64,000 nucleotides of DNA from an uncultured Actinomycetota bacterium. Its GTDB lineage: Bacteria; Actinomycetota; Actinomycetes; Propionibacteriales; Nocardioidaceae. Below the pieces are notes generated by a model. The model was not told where the DNA came from. It worked only from the letters and a program-made list of their open reading frames with translations, and made no database searches. The stretch lies in contig CAWALI010000006.1 of NCBI GenBank assembly GCA_963782905.1, forward strand, positions 33,268 through 97,267. The letters are read 5' to 3'. Made by a program: the position numbers and the translations under genes. Position 1 is the stretch's first letter. Each line of letters starts with the position of its first letter. Below are positions 1 through 8,970 of the stretch, piece by piece.

Positions 1-1059
1 GACGGAGGCCTTCGAGGGGGCGCGCGACAAGGTGGCGGCGTTCATCAAGGCGCCCAGCCGCGACGAGGTGATCTTCACCAAGAACGCCACCGAGGCGCTC
101 AACCTGGTGGCCAACACCCTGGCGTGGGGCGGTGACCTCCGGGTCGGCCCGGGCGACGAGGTCGTCATCACCGAGATGGAGCACCACTCCAACATCGTCC
201 CGTGGCAGCTGCCTCACCGAGCGCACCGGCGCGACGCTGCGGTGGTTCGGGCTGACCGACGACGGCCGCCTCGACCTGTCCGACATCGACGAGCTCGATC
301 ACCGAGCACACCAAGGTCGTCGTCGCTGACCTGGGTGTCCAACATGCTCGGGCACGATCAACCCGGTCGCCGAGATCGCCGACCGCGCGCACGCAGGTCG
401 GCGCGATCGTGGTCGTCGACGCGTCGCAGGCGGCGCCCGCAGCTGCCGGTCGACGTGGCGGCCAGCGGCGCCGACTTGCTGGTCTTCACCGGCCACAAGG
501 TGGTCGGCCCGACCGGCATCGGCGTGCTCTGGGGTCGCCGGGAGGTGCTCGAGGCGCTGCCGCCGTTCCACGGGGGCGGCGAGATGATCGAGACCGTCCG
601 CATGGACGCGCTCGACGTACGCCGGGATCCCGCACAAGTTCGAGGCCGGCACGCCGCCGATCGTCGAGGCCGTCGGTCTCGGCGCCGCGGTCGACTACCT
701 CGCCCACGTCGGCATGGACGCGATCCACGCCCACGAGCAGGCGATCACGGCGTACGCGCTCGAGGGCCTGCAGACCGTGCCCGGGCTGACCGTCATGGGC
801 CCGCTCGACGCCGCCTCGCGCGGCGGCGCGATCTCCTTCGAGCTCGACGGCGTGCACCCGCACGACGTGGCCCAGGTGCTCGACTCGCGCGGCATCGCCG
901 TGCGGGCCGGCCACCACTGCGCCAAGCCCGCGCACGCCCGCTTCGGGGTGCAGAGCTCGACCCGGATGTCGTCGTACCTCTACACGACCCCGGCCGAGAT
1001 CGACGCCCTCGTCGAGGGGCTCCACTACACCCGTTCCTACTTCAAGCTGGGGGAGTACG
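1..1059 (+). pseudogene. sufS: Cysteine desulfurase SufS, 5'-truncated by the window edge and multiply frameshifted (shifts near 212, 297, 322, 399, 446 and 612); 3' end and stop uncertain
   Basis: Recognisable SufS motifs (HHSNIVPWQL, LTERTGATLRWFGLTDDGRLDL, VFTGHKVVGPTGIGVLWGRREVLEALPPFHGGGEMIETV, MDAIHAHEQAITAYALEGL, RAGHHCAKP) appear in three different frames (ORFs 32.., 132.., 409.., 714..). Confidence 0.8.
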
Positions 1060-1508
1060 ATGGACCTCGACTCGCTCTACCAGGAGATCATCCTGGACCA
1101 CTACAAGCACCCTCACCACGCGGGTCTGCGCGACCCGTTCGAGGCGGAGGTGCACCACGTCAACCCCACCTGCGGCGACGAGCTGACCCTGCGCGTCCAC
1201 CTCGCCGACGGCGTCGTCGTCCGGACGTGTCGTACGACGCCATGGGCTGCTCGATCTCGCAGGCCTCCGCGTCGGTGATGGCCGACCTGCTCATCGGCAA
1301 GCCCGTCGACGAGGCCATGACGATCCACCAGACGTTCCTGGAGCTGATGCAGGGCAAGGGGAAGGTCGAGCCCGACGAGGACGTCCTCGAGGACGGCATC
1401 GCGTTCGCCGGAGTCGCCAAGTTCCCCGCCCGCGTCAAGTGCGCCCTCCTGTCCTGGATGGCGTGGAAGGACGCGACCGCACAGAGTCTCGAGAAGGAGA
1501 AGGCATGA
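1060..1508 (+). CDS. sufU: SUF Fe-S cluster scaffold SufU/IscU-like; one frameshift near 1222, read-through continues in the frame of ORF 714..1508
   Basis: N-term MDLDSLYQEIILDHYKHPHH...NPTCGDELTL in frame 1; C-term AMGCSISQASASVMADLLIGKPVDEA...AGVAKFPARVKCALLSWMA in frame 0. Confidence 0.75.
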
Positions 1509-1912
1509 CCAACGACAGCACCGGTGCCCCGGCCCCGACCGCCGCGCACCGCGTCGACCACGGCGACCTGCCCGACGTCCCCGCCGCCGGCGGTGGCACC
1601 AGCACCGTCACCGTCGACGACGTCACCGAGGCGATGAAGGACGTCGTCGACCCCGAGCTCGGCATCAACGTCGTCGACCTCGGCCTGGTCTACGGCGTGC
1701 ACGTCGACGAGGACCACAACGCCGTCATCGACATGACGCTCACGTCCGCGGCCTGCCCGCTGACCGACGTCATCCAGGACCAGACCAACTCCGCCCTCGA
1801 GGGCCTGGTCAACGACGTGGCGATCAACTGGGTCTGGATGCCGCCGTGGGGTCCGGACAAGATCACCGACGACGGTCGCGAGCAGCTGCGCGCCCTCGGC
1901 TTCAACGTCTGA
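1505..1912 (+). CDS. sufT: DUF59/MIP18-family Fe-S assembly protein (SufT-like)
   Basis: ATGA start/stop overlap with sufU; RBS GAGAAGGAGAAGG upstream. Sequence VVDPELGINVVDLGLVYGV...TLTSAACPLTDVI is typical of DUF59. Confidence 0.75.
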   Translation: MTNDSTGAPAPTAAHRVDHGDLPDVPAAGGGTSTVTVDDVTEAMKDVVDPELGINVVDLGLVYGVHVDEDHNAVIDMTLTSAACPLTDVIQDQTNSALEGLVNDVAINWVWMPPWGPDKITDDGREQLRALGFNV

Positions 1913-1932
1913 GGTCCCGCTAGGGTTCGGGC

Positions 1933-2316
1933 ATGAGTGACGCCGACGCGACCGTGACCGAGCCGGACCACCCGGAGGTCCGTGCCTTCTGGGACGTCGC
2001 GCGCATGCACGCCAAGATGAACGCCGCGCCGTCGTACTTCGGGCCGACGCCGCTCGAGTCGGTCCCGCCGCCGGCCTGGTCCTTCGGGTCCGACCCGGCC
2101 GAGGCGGACGCGTTCGTGGAGGCCGCGCTCGCCGACGAGGCGGGCACGACGACCGCCCCGCTCGCCGACTACGACGGCATGCTGCCCGAGGAGGGCGTGC
2201 TCTCGATCCTGTGCGACGGCGAGGGCCGCCCCCGGGCGCTCGTCGAGGTCACCTCGGTCGAGGTCTCCGGCGACGAGGTGCGCGAGCACTTCCGCGTCGT
2301 CCACCGGGGCGCCTGA
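1933..2316 (+). CDS. ASCH (PUA-like) domain protein with an N-terminal extension
   Basis: C-terminal half (ADEAGTTTAPLADYD...VLSILCDGEGRPRALVEVTSVEV...EHF) matches the ASCH pattern recalled from actinobacterial ASCH proteins. Stop overlaps the start of the next gene (TGAGCATG). Confidence 0.5.
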   Translation: MSDADATVTEPDHPEVRAFWDVARMHAKMNAAPSYFGPTPLESVPPPAWSFGSDPAEADAFVEAALADEAGTTTAPLADYDGMLPEEGVLSILCDGEGRPRALVEVTSVEVSGDEVREHFRVVHRGA

Positions 2317-2318
2317 GC

Positions 2319-2864
2319 ATGTCCCGACGCACGACGTACCTCCTCGTCGACGGCGAGAACATCGACGCCACCCTCGGCAACTCGATCCTCGGCCGTCGTC
2401 CACGACCGGAGGAGCGACCGCGCTGGGACCGGCTGCTGGAGTGGACCGAGCGGGCCTTCGACCAGGACGTCACCGGGCTCTTCTTCCTCGCCGCCGGCAC
2501 CGAGCTGCCCACCACCTTCGTCCAGGCCCTGATCGCGATCGGCTACAAGCCGGTCCCCCTCAGCGGCCCGGGCAAGGTCGTCGACATCGCCATCCAGCGC
2601 ACCGCCGAGGCGCTCGTCGACCGCGAGGCCGACGTGGTGCTGGTCAGCCACGACGGCGACTTCGTCGAGCAGGTGTCGCGCCTGTGCGACGGCAGCCGCC
2701 AGGTGGGCGTCGTGGGCTTCAACGAGTTCGTCAACGGGGCGTTCCGTGGGCTGCCCGGGCTGCGGATCATGGATCTCGAGCACGACGTCGGCGCCTTCAC
2801 CTCCGCTCTGCCGCGGGTGCGGGTCATCCCGATCGACGAGTTCGACCCGCTCGACTTCCTCTGA
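2319..2864 (+). CDS. NYN-domain (LabA-like, PIN-fold) predicted RNase
   Basis: MSRRTTYLLVDGENIDATLG...VVLVSHDGDFVEQV resembles NYN/LabA signatures recalled from family descriptions. Translationally coupled to the genes on both sides. Confidence 0.6.
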   Translation: MSRRTTYLLVDGENIDATLGNSILGRRPRPEERPRWDRLLEWTERAFDQDVTGLFFLAAGTELPTTFVQALIAIGYKPVPLSGPGKVVDIAIQRTAEALVDREADVVLVSHDGDFVEQVSRLCDGSRQVGVVGFNEFVNGAFRGLPGLRIMDLEHDVGAFTSALPRVRVIPIDEFDPLDFL

Positions 2865-2867
2865 GCC

Positions 2868-3470
2868 GTGCCCGTCGTCCTGGTCCCACCGGCGCGCCTC
2901 GAGCGCTGGGTCGACAACTTCGTCGGCCGTCACGGCGCGACGTCGTACGCCGTCGTCGACGGTGCCCTGCGCGGGGACGCCGACGACGGCTCGTCGTTCG
3001 TCGCCCGGTTGCCGCTCGCCGCGTCGTACGACGGAGTCCCCGACGTCACCGGCCTGCTCGCCGCGGCCACGTGCCCCGCACCGTGGGGGGTGCTGCTGGT
3101 GCGCAAGGGAGGCTTCGCGGTGGCCCGGCTCGAGGGCGCTCGCCTGGTCGAGCACAAGATCGGCCAGCGCCACGTGCAGGGCCGCACCAAGGCCGGCGGG
3201 CAGAGCCAGCAGCGCTTCGCTCGCCGGCGCGACAACCAGGCGCGGCAGGCCTACGAGGCGGCCGCCGACCACGCCGCCCGCATCCTGCGCCCGGGGCCGC
3301 TGGTGACCGGGGGAGACCGGACCGCGGTCGACGAGGTGCTCGACGACCCCCGGCTGACCGGCATGCGGGTCGTCGAGCCCTGGCTGGCGGTGCCCGATCC
3401 CCGGCGGGCGGTCCTCGACCGGGCCGTCCTCGATGCCCAGTCCTTCTCCGTGGACGTCACCAACGCCTGA
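2868..3470 (+). CDS. Vms1/ANKZF1/VLRF1-like release-factor-fold protein (putative peptidyl-tRNA hydrolase)
   Basis: GTG start 4 nt after the NYN stop. Loop TKAGGQSQQRFARRRDNQ contains a GGQ-like catalytic Gln motif, interpreted here from recall as VLRF1/eRF1-like. About 200 aa. Confidence 0.5.
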   Translation: MPVVLVPPARLERWVDNFVGRHGATSYAVVDGALRGDADDGSSFVARLPLAASYDGVPDVTGLLAAATCPAPWGVLLVRKGGFAVARLEGARLVEHKIGQRHVQGRTKAGGQSQQRFARRRDNQARQAYEAAADHAARILRPGPLVTGGDRTAVDEVLDDPRLTGMRVVEPWLAVPDPRRAVLDRAVLDAQSFSVDVTNA

Positions 3471-3526
3471 CGGCCTCCTGGACCAGCGACGCGGCGGCCT
3501 CCCGCGGCTAGGGTGGCCGGGGAGCA

Positions 3527-5404
3527 GTGAGGGGCTGCCACACCGGGGGACGGATGGAGCATCTGGTGGTGGGGAGAGCGTCACCGACAGGCCGCGAGGT
3601 GGTGCTCCGCGTGCTGGGCGGCGACGCGCCCGTCGCCGTGGTGACGTGGGCGCTGACCGCTCCCGCGGCACTCGTCTGGGCCCGCCGCATCGACGTCGAC
3701 CCGATGAGCGAGCAGGGCGCCTTCCTGCCGATCGGCGCGGGGGCCGTGCTGCTGGTGCTCGTCGGCGTCCTCGCGTGGCAGCCGTTCGCCACCCGGTGGA
3801 TCAGCGCGGTGGCGGCCGGCCTGTTTGCGGCCTGGGTCGCCTTCGCCCTCCAGGTGGGACTCATCGGTACGCCGTTCGGGTACGCCGGCCTCCAGAGCGA
3901 CAACGGCCGGATGACCGCGGCCGTCGTGCGCTACTCGGCGACCGCCTGGTCCTCCGACACCTTCGTGGAGGATGTCCCGTCCGAGTATCCGCCGCTGTTC
4001 CCCTGGTCGGTCGGCCGGCTCTCGCTCCTGACCGACACGCCGGCGTGGCGCCTGGTGGCGCCGGCCGAGGTCCTCCTCCTGTCGTTCGGCGTGGTCGTCG
4101 GCTTCGTGATGTGGAGCAGGCTGGTCCAGCCCCCGGTCGCGCTCGCCTGCTCGGCCGTGTCGCTGCTGGTGTACGGCGTGCCCTTCAAGCCGTTCACCAC
4201 CGTCGCCCTCGTCGTGGTCGTGCCGTGGCTGATCGCGACCTTCACCCACCCTCCTCGCGGCCGTCTGCACTGGCTCCCGGCGGGTGTCATCGGGGGTCTG
4301 GTCGTGCTGACCTACCACGGGTGGATCACGTTCGCCTTCATCGGCGTGCTCGCCGTCGTCGTGGGTGGGTTCCGGCGCGCTCCCGACCGCCGCGCCCATC
4401 TTCGGCACGTGGTCCTCACGGTGCTCGTCATGTCGCTGGTCGCCTCGCCCTACCTGCTGCCGTACGGATGGGCGTTGCTCACCACGGAGGGTGGGCAAGC
4501 CCTCAGCGACCTCGCCCTGACCGCCGAGATCACCGACACCGGCTTCCCCTTCCTCGAGGTCAGCATCCTGGGCGCGCTGCAGCTGGTCGGGCTGGGCGGC
4601 CTGGTGTGGCTGCGTGGCACGACCTTCTGGGCCTGGCCGATGCTCCAGCTCGTCCTGGGCGCGTACGCGTTCTGGCTCGTCTTCGGGCTCCGGTTCGTGG
4701 TCACCGGCCACACGACGATGTTCTACTACGTCGCCCGCCTCAACGGTGAGCTCCTCGCCACGGCCGGAGTGCTCACCCTCGCGTACGTCGGACCGGTCCT
4801 GCTGGAGCGAGGGATACAGCCGCCCCGGGGCTTCGGCGCGGCGGTCGTCGCTGTGTCGCTGGTGTGGGTGGGCTACGGCTACTGGCAGGAGTGGCGACCG
4901 CGCCCCGCCATGCTCGGGACCCAGGGCGACTTCTCGGTGATGGCGCACCTGGAGCCGTCGCCGACCTGTACGTGGCCGCGGTACAAGCCGGACATCGCGT
5001 GGGTCGGCTGCCTTCCCGCCGCGCAGATCCGGGCGGAGGTCGAGTCGGTCCGCGGCGCGGGGGACCGCCCGCACACCCTGTCCGGGGACGAGCGGCTGTT
5101 CTCGTTCCTGCCCTGGCGGGCCTACATGGGGGTGGACCGGAACGCCGCCGGCACGCTGACCCGGTACGACGACCGGCTCGCGGAGCTGGTGCGCCTCGCC
5201 GGCATCCGGGATCCGGCGGAGCTGGCTCGGGCGACCGAGGACACGGAGTTCGGGCCCATCGACGTCTTCGTGATCGGACGCGTCGACGAGGGCCGCCGGT
5301 GGAACTTCCAGACCGCCGAGTTCCGGCCCCGCCAGTTCGCGTCCCCGGCCTGGAAGGTCGTCGACCGCCCGGAGTGGCCGGTGGTGGTGATCATCCGACG
5401 CTGA
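3527..5404 (+). CDS. Polytopic membrane protein, GT-C-type glycosyltransferase-like (AftA-like arabinofuranosyltransferase N and C domains); start codon uncertain (possibly ATG at 3554)
   Basis: About 12 predicted TM segments followed by a soluble C-terminal domain (RLFSFLPWRAYMGVDRNAAGTL...FVIGRVDEGRRWNF). The overlapping antisense 662-aa ORF is judged spurious. Confidence 0.4.
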   Translation: MRGCHTGGRMEHLVVGRASPTGREVVLRVLGGDAPVAVVTWALTAPAALVWARRIDVDPMSEQGAFLPIGAGAVLLVLVGVLAWQPFATRWISAVAAGLFAAWVAFALQVGLIGTPFGYAGLQSDNGRMTAAVVRYSATAWSSDTFVEDVPSEYPPLFPWSVGRLSLLTDTPAWRLVAPAEVLLLSFGVVVGFVMWSRLVQPPVALACSAVSLLVYGVPFKPFTTVALVVVVPWLIATFTHPPRGRLHWLPAGVIGGLVVLTYHGWITFAFIGVLAVVVGGFRRAPDRRAHLRHVVLTVLVMSLVASPYLLPYGWALLTTEGGQALSDLALTAEITDTGFPFLEVSILGALQLVGLGGLVWLRGTTFWAWPMLQLVLGAYAFWLVFGLRFVVTGHTTMFYYVARLNGELLATAGVLTLAYVGPVLLERGIQPPRGFGAAVVAVSLVWVGYGYWQEWRPRPAMLGTQGDFSVMAHLEPSPTCTWPRYKPDIAWVGCLPAAQIRAEVESVRGAGDRPHTLSGDERLFSFLPWRAYMGVDRNAAGTLTRYDDRLAELVRLAGIRDPAELARATEDTEFGPIDVFVIGRVDEGRRWNFQTAEFRPRQFASPAWKVVDRPEWPVVVIIRR

Positions 5405-5470
5405 ACGCGCCTGGTCGTCACCAGCGCTGGGTGAGGAGGGACGGGGCGGTCCACGACTACGCTCGAGGCC

Positions 5471-6391
5471 GTGGCGAACCCCATCGAGATCTCCGGTCTG
5501 GTCAAGTGCTTCGGTCACCTGCGTGCCCTCGACGGCCTCGACCTGACCGTCGCGGCGGGGGAGGTGCACGGCTTCCTCGGGCCCAACGGGTCAGGCAAGT
5601 CGACCACCATCCGGGTGCTGCTGGGCATGCTGCGCAAGGACGGCGGGGAGGCGCGCCTCTTCGGCGCCGACCCGTGGACCGAGGCGGCCGACCTCCACCG
5701 ACGGCTGGCCTACGTGCCCGGAGACGTCAACCTGTGGCCGACGCTGACCGGGGGTGAGGTGATCGACCTGCTGGGCCGCCTGCGGGGAGGGCTCGACGAG
5801 CGTCGCCGCGCGGACCTGCTCGAGCGCTTCGAGCTGGACCCGACGAAGAAGGGACGGACCTACTCCAAGGGCAACCGGCAGAAGGTCGCCCTGGTCGCGG
5901 CCCTCGCCAGTGACGTGGAGCTGCTGGTGCTCGACGAGCCGACCACCGGTCTCGACCCGCTCATGGAATCGGTCTTCCAGGACTGCATCGACGAGTTCCG
6001 GGAGAACGGACGTGCGGTGCTGCTGTCCAGTCACGTGCTCGCCGAGGTCGAGCGGCTGTGCGACCGGGTGAGCATCATCCGGTCCGGGCGGCGGGTGGAG
6101 TCGGGGACGCTCTCGGAGCTGCGGCACCTCACGCGCACGTCGGTGCATGCCGAGACGTCCGCGCCGGTGGTCGGGCTGGAGGTGCTGGCGGGCGTCCACG
6201 ACCTCGCGGTCGAAGGACGGCGTGCCGTGTTCGAGGTCGACACGTCGCACCTCGGCGACGCCCTCGGACTGCTGCAGCGAGCGGGTGTCACGTCCCTGAC
6301 GGCCACCCCACCGACCCTCGAGGAGCTGTTCCTGCGGCACTACGGGGACCACCTCGAGGACACAACCGACACGGAGGACCGGGCGCTGTGA
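5471..6391 (+). CDS. ABC transporter ATP-binding protein
   Basis: Walker [10 protein letters not shown], signature YSKGNRQK, Walker [13 protein letters not shown]. Confidence 0.85.
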   Translation: MANPIEISGLVKCFGHLRALDGLDLTVAAGEVHGFLGPNGSGKSTTIRVLLGMLRKDGGEARLFGADPWTEAADLHRRLAYVPGDVNLWPTLTGGEVIDLLGRLRGGLDERRRADLLERFELDPTKKGRTYSKGNRQKVALVAALASDVELLVLDEPTTGLDPLMESVFQDCIDEFRENGRAVLLSSHVLAEVERLCDRVSIIRSGRRVESGTLSELRHLTRTSVHAETSAPVVGLEVLAGVHDLAVEGRRAVFEVDTSHLGDALGLLQRAGVTSLTATPPTLEELFLRHYGDHLEDTTDTEDRAL

Positions 6392-7965
6392 CCGGCACCG
6401 GCGTCCTGCTGCGTCACTTCCTGCGCCGCGATCGTTGGATGCTCCTGTGGTGGTCGGTCGGCACGATGCTGCTCTACTGGTCGCAGGCCGCCAGTGTGAA
6501 GGGGCTGTACGCGACGCAGGCCGAGTTCGACGCCGCCGCCGCCAGCATGGAGTCCAACGCGGCACTGATCTCCATGGCGGGACCGGCCCGGGCGCTGAAC
6601 ACCGTCGGGGGGCAGGTGTCGTGGCAGGCGACCGCCTTCGGTGCCATCGTCGTGGGGCTCATGTCGATGTTCCTCGTCGTGCGCCACACCCGCGCCGAGG
6701 AGGAGTCCGGCCGCGACGAGCTGCTCCGCGCTGCGGCCGTCGGCCGTGCCGCACCGACCCTGGCCGCCGTGCTCGTGGCCCTGGTGGCCAACGCGCTCGC
6801 CGGCGCGCTGGTCACCGCGAGCCTCGTCGCGGTGCCCCTGGCGGTGCCCGACTCGGTGGCCCTGGGCGCAGGGCTGGCCGCGACCGGGGCGGTGTTCACC
6901 GGGACGGCGCTGCTGGCGGCGCAGCTCACGAGCGGACCACGGGCGGCCTACGGACTGGCCGGAGCGGTCATCGCCGTGGCCTACGTGCTGCGTGCGATCG
7001 GCGACGTCGGCACTCCGGTGCTGACCTGGGTCTCACCGATCGGCTGGTACCAGGGGATGTACGCCTTCTCGGGCCTGCGCTGGTGGCCGTTGGCGATCCT
7101 CCTCGTCGCGGCGGCGGCAAGCCTCGTCGTGGCGCTGCTCGTCTTCGCCCGGCGTGACTTCGGCGCCGGGGTGCTCGCCGCCCGGCCGGGACCGGCGCGC
7201 GCAGCAGGGGCGCTCACCCGTGACGTCGGGCTCGCCACGCGCCTCCAGCGGGGCTCGGTCGTCGGTTGGACGGTCGGGATGTGGCTGATGGGGCTGGCCT
7301 ACGGGTCCATGGGGTCGGACGTCGGTGACCTGCTGGGCAACAGCGATGTCAGCCGCGAGATGTTCGTCCGAGGCAACGGAGGCATCGTCGACGGGTTCTA
7401 CGCCACGGCCATCGTGCTGCTGGCACTCATGGCGTGTGGCTTCGCCGTCAGCAGCGCGTTGCGGCCGCGCGGCGACGAGGTGGACGGCCGGGTCGAGACG
7501 CTGCTCGCCACCGGTCTGTCGAGGACACGGTGGCTCGTCGCCAACCTGGCGGTCACGGTGGTGGGATCCTTCCTCGTCGTGCTCGCCGCCGGACTCGGGC
7601 TCGGCACCGGCTACGCGCTGGTGGCCGGCGACTCCGCCGCCGTGCTCGACTACACGATGGCCACGCTGCCGTACGTCGCCCCGGTGCTGGCGACCGCCTC
7701 GGTGGCCTGCCTGCTGTTCGGACTGGCTCCTCGGCTCGCGGGCCTCGCCTGGCTGGTGCTCGGCTTCGCGGTGGTGGTGCTGATGTTCGGACAGCTCCTC
7801 GGTCTGCCCGACTGGCTCCAAGCCCTGTCGCCGTTCCACCACCTCGCCCTCGTGCCGGCCGAGGACTTCCGGTGGGCACCCTTCCTGGCCGTCGGCGCCG
7901 TGGCCGTCGCTCTCGGCGCGGCGGGCGTGCTCGGGTTCACCCGTCGGGACGTCGAGGTCCGCTAG
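6388..7965 (+). CDS. ABC-2 family transporter permease
   Basis: GTG start overlaps the ATPase stop (GTGA). Hydrophobic multi-TM protein. Confidence 0.7.
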   Translation: MTGTGVLLRHFLRRDRWMLLWWSVGTMLLYWSQAASVKGLYATQAEFDAAAASMESNAALISMAGPARALNTVGGQVSWQATAFGAIVVGLMSMFLVVRHTRAEEESGRDELLRAAAVGRAAPTLAAVLVALVANALAGALVTASLVAVPLAVPDSVALGAGLAATGAVFTGTALLAAQLTSGPRAAYGLAGAVIAVAYVLRAIGDVGTPVLTWVSPIGWYQGMYAFSGLRWWPLAILLVAAAASLVVALLVFARRDFGAGVLAARPGPARAAGALTRDVGLATRLQRGSVVGWTVGMWLMGLAYGSMGSDVGDLLGNSDVSREMFVRGNGGIVDGFYATAIVLLALMACGFAVSSALRPRGDEVDGRVETLLATGLSRTRWLVANLAVTVVGSFLVVLAAGLGLGTGYALVAGDSAAVLDYTMATLPYVAPVLATASVACLLFGLAPRLAGLAWLVLGFAVVVLMFGQLLGLPDWLQALSPFHHLALVPAEDFRWAPFLAVGAVAVALGAAGVLGFTRRDVEVR

Positions 7966-7975
7966 CCTCCGAGGC

Positions 7976-8878
7976 ATGTGGCAGCCCGAGCCCGGTTGGC
8001 AGCGTCTCCCGGGAGCCGGCCCGTCCACGTTCGGGGTGTGGTCCGCCGTCGAGGACGGCCGCGAGGTGGTGGTCAAGCGGCTCGTCGCACCGGAGCCGCC
8101 CGACCCGCCCGGCCTGCGCGACCCACGGGACGCCAACTACTGGCGCCGGGCCGCCGATGTGGCGCTGTCGGGCGTGGTACGCCGCACGCCCGGGCTGCGG
8201 GGGGCGGGCGTCGTACGCGTCGAGGAGGACGACGACGGCGTGACGGTCGTCCACGAGCGGGTGGCGGGCGAGGCCCCCGGCGCGCTCTTCATCGCGCGCG
8301 CACTCGGCCGCTTCGCGGGCGCCGACCTGGGTGGCGAGCCGTGGCTGGCCACCGGGCAGCTGCGCACCCGGCTGGGCCTGGTCGAGCGGCGCGGAGGCTG
8401 GCGGACCCTGGCGCGGACCCCGACCGCCGACATCGCCGAGCACCTGTGGACCCGTCGCGAGATGTGGCTGTCGCGCTGCGACGCGCTGCCGCACGTCGCC
8501 CAGCACGGGGACCCGGTGGCGGCCAACGTGCCGGTCCGCGACGGGGACGACGCGGTCGCCATCGACTGGTCGCACCTGGGCACCGGGCCGGTCGGCGCCG
8601 ACCTGGGCTACCTGTCGCTGTCCTCGCGCGAGGAGTTCGAGCCGTTGCTCGACGCCTATCTCGACGGCCTGCCCGCGGGGCTCGCGACCCGGGAGCAGGC
8701 CGAGCTCGGCGCTCGGGTGACGGCCGTCTACACCGCCCTCACCCGCGTCGACTGGGCGCTGGGCCGCGTGGCCGACGGGGAGGGCGCGCTGGCCGGCAAG
8801 TTCCGCCACCCGTCCGTCGCGCCGTACATCATCGCCATGCAGCGGCAGGTGACCCAGATCGAGGCCCTGATCGGCTGA
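7976..8878 (+). CDS. Phosphotransferase-family (APH/choline-kinase-like) protein
   Basis: Kinase-like motifs HGDPVAANV and IDWSHLGTGPVGADLGYL (Brenner/DxD region). Confidence 0.55.
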   Translation: MWQPEPGWQRLPGAGPSTFGVWSAVEDGREVVVKRLVAPEPPDPPGLRDPRDANYWRRAADVALSGVVRRTPGLRGAGVVRVEEDDDGVTVVHERVAGEAPGALFIARALGRFAGADLGGEPWLATGQLRTRLGLVERRGGWRTLARTPTADIAEHLWTRREMWLSRCDALPHVAQHGDPVAANVPVRDGDDAVAIDWSHLGTGPVGADLGYLSLSSREEFEPLLDAYLDGLPAGLATREQAELGARVTAVYTALTRVDWALGRVADGEGALAGKFRHPSVAPYIIAMQRQVTQIEALIG

Positions 8879-8893
8879 GAGCGGGCCAGCGGT

Positions 8894-8960
8894 GGGGTAG
8901 TCCGCGACGAACGGACCCTCGAACCGGGTGATCCGGGGTCCGTTCGTCGCGGACTACCCC
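8894..8960. terminator. Perfect 25-bp-arm inverted repeat (17-nt loop) between two convergent genes; candidate bidirectional terminator
   Basis: GGGGTAGTCCGCGACGAACGGACCC ... GGGTCCGTTCGTCGCGGACTACCCC read directly from the sequence. Confidence 0.5.
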
Positions 8961-8970
8961 GAGATGAGGC

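Noticed and set aside
3581-5569. 662-aa ORF on the minus strand, antisense to the membrane glycosyltransferase
   Set aside because: Its composition is Arg/Gly/Pro/Asp-rich with no motifs. It is a typical high-GC antisense open frame, and the sense-strand protein has clear TM topology.
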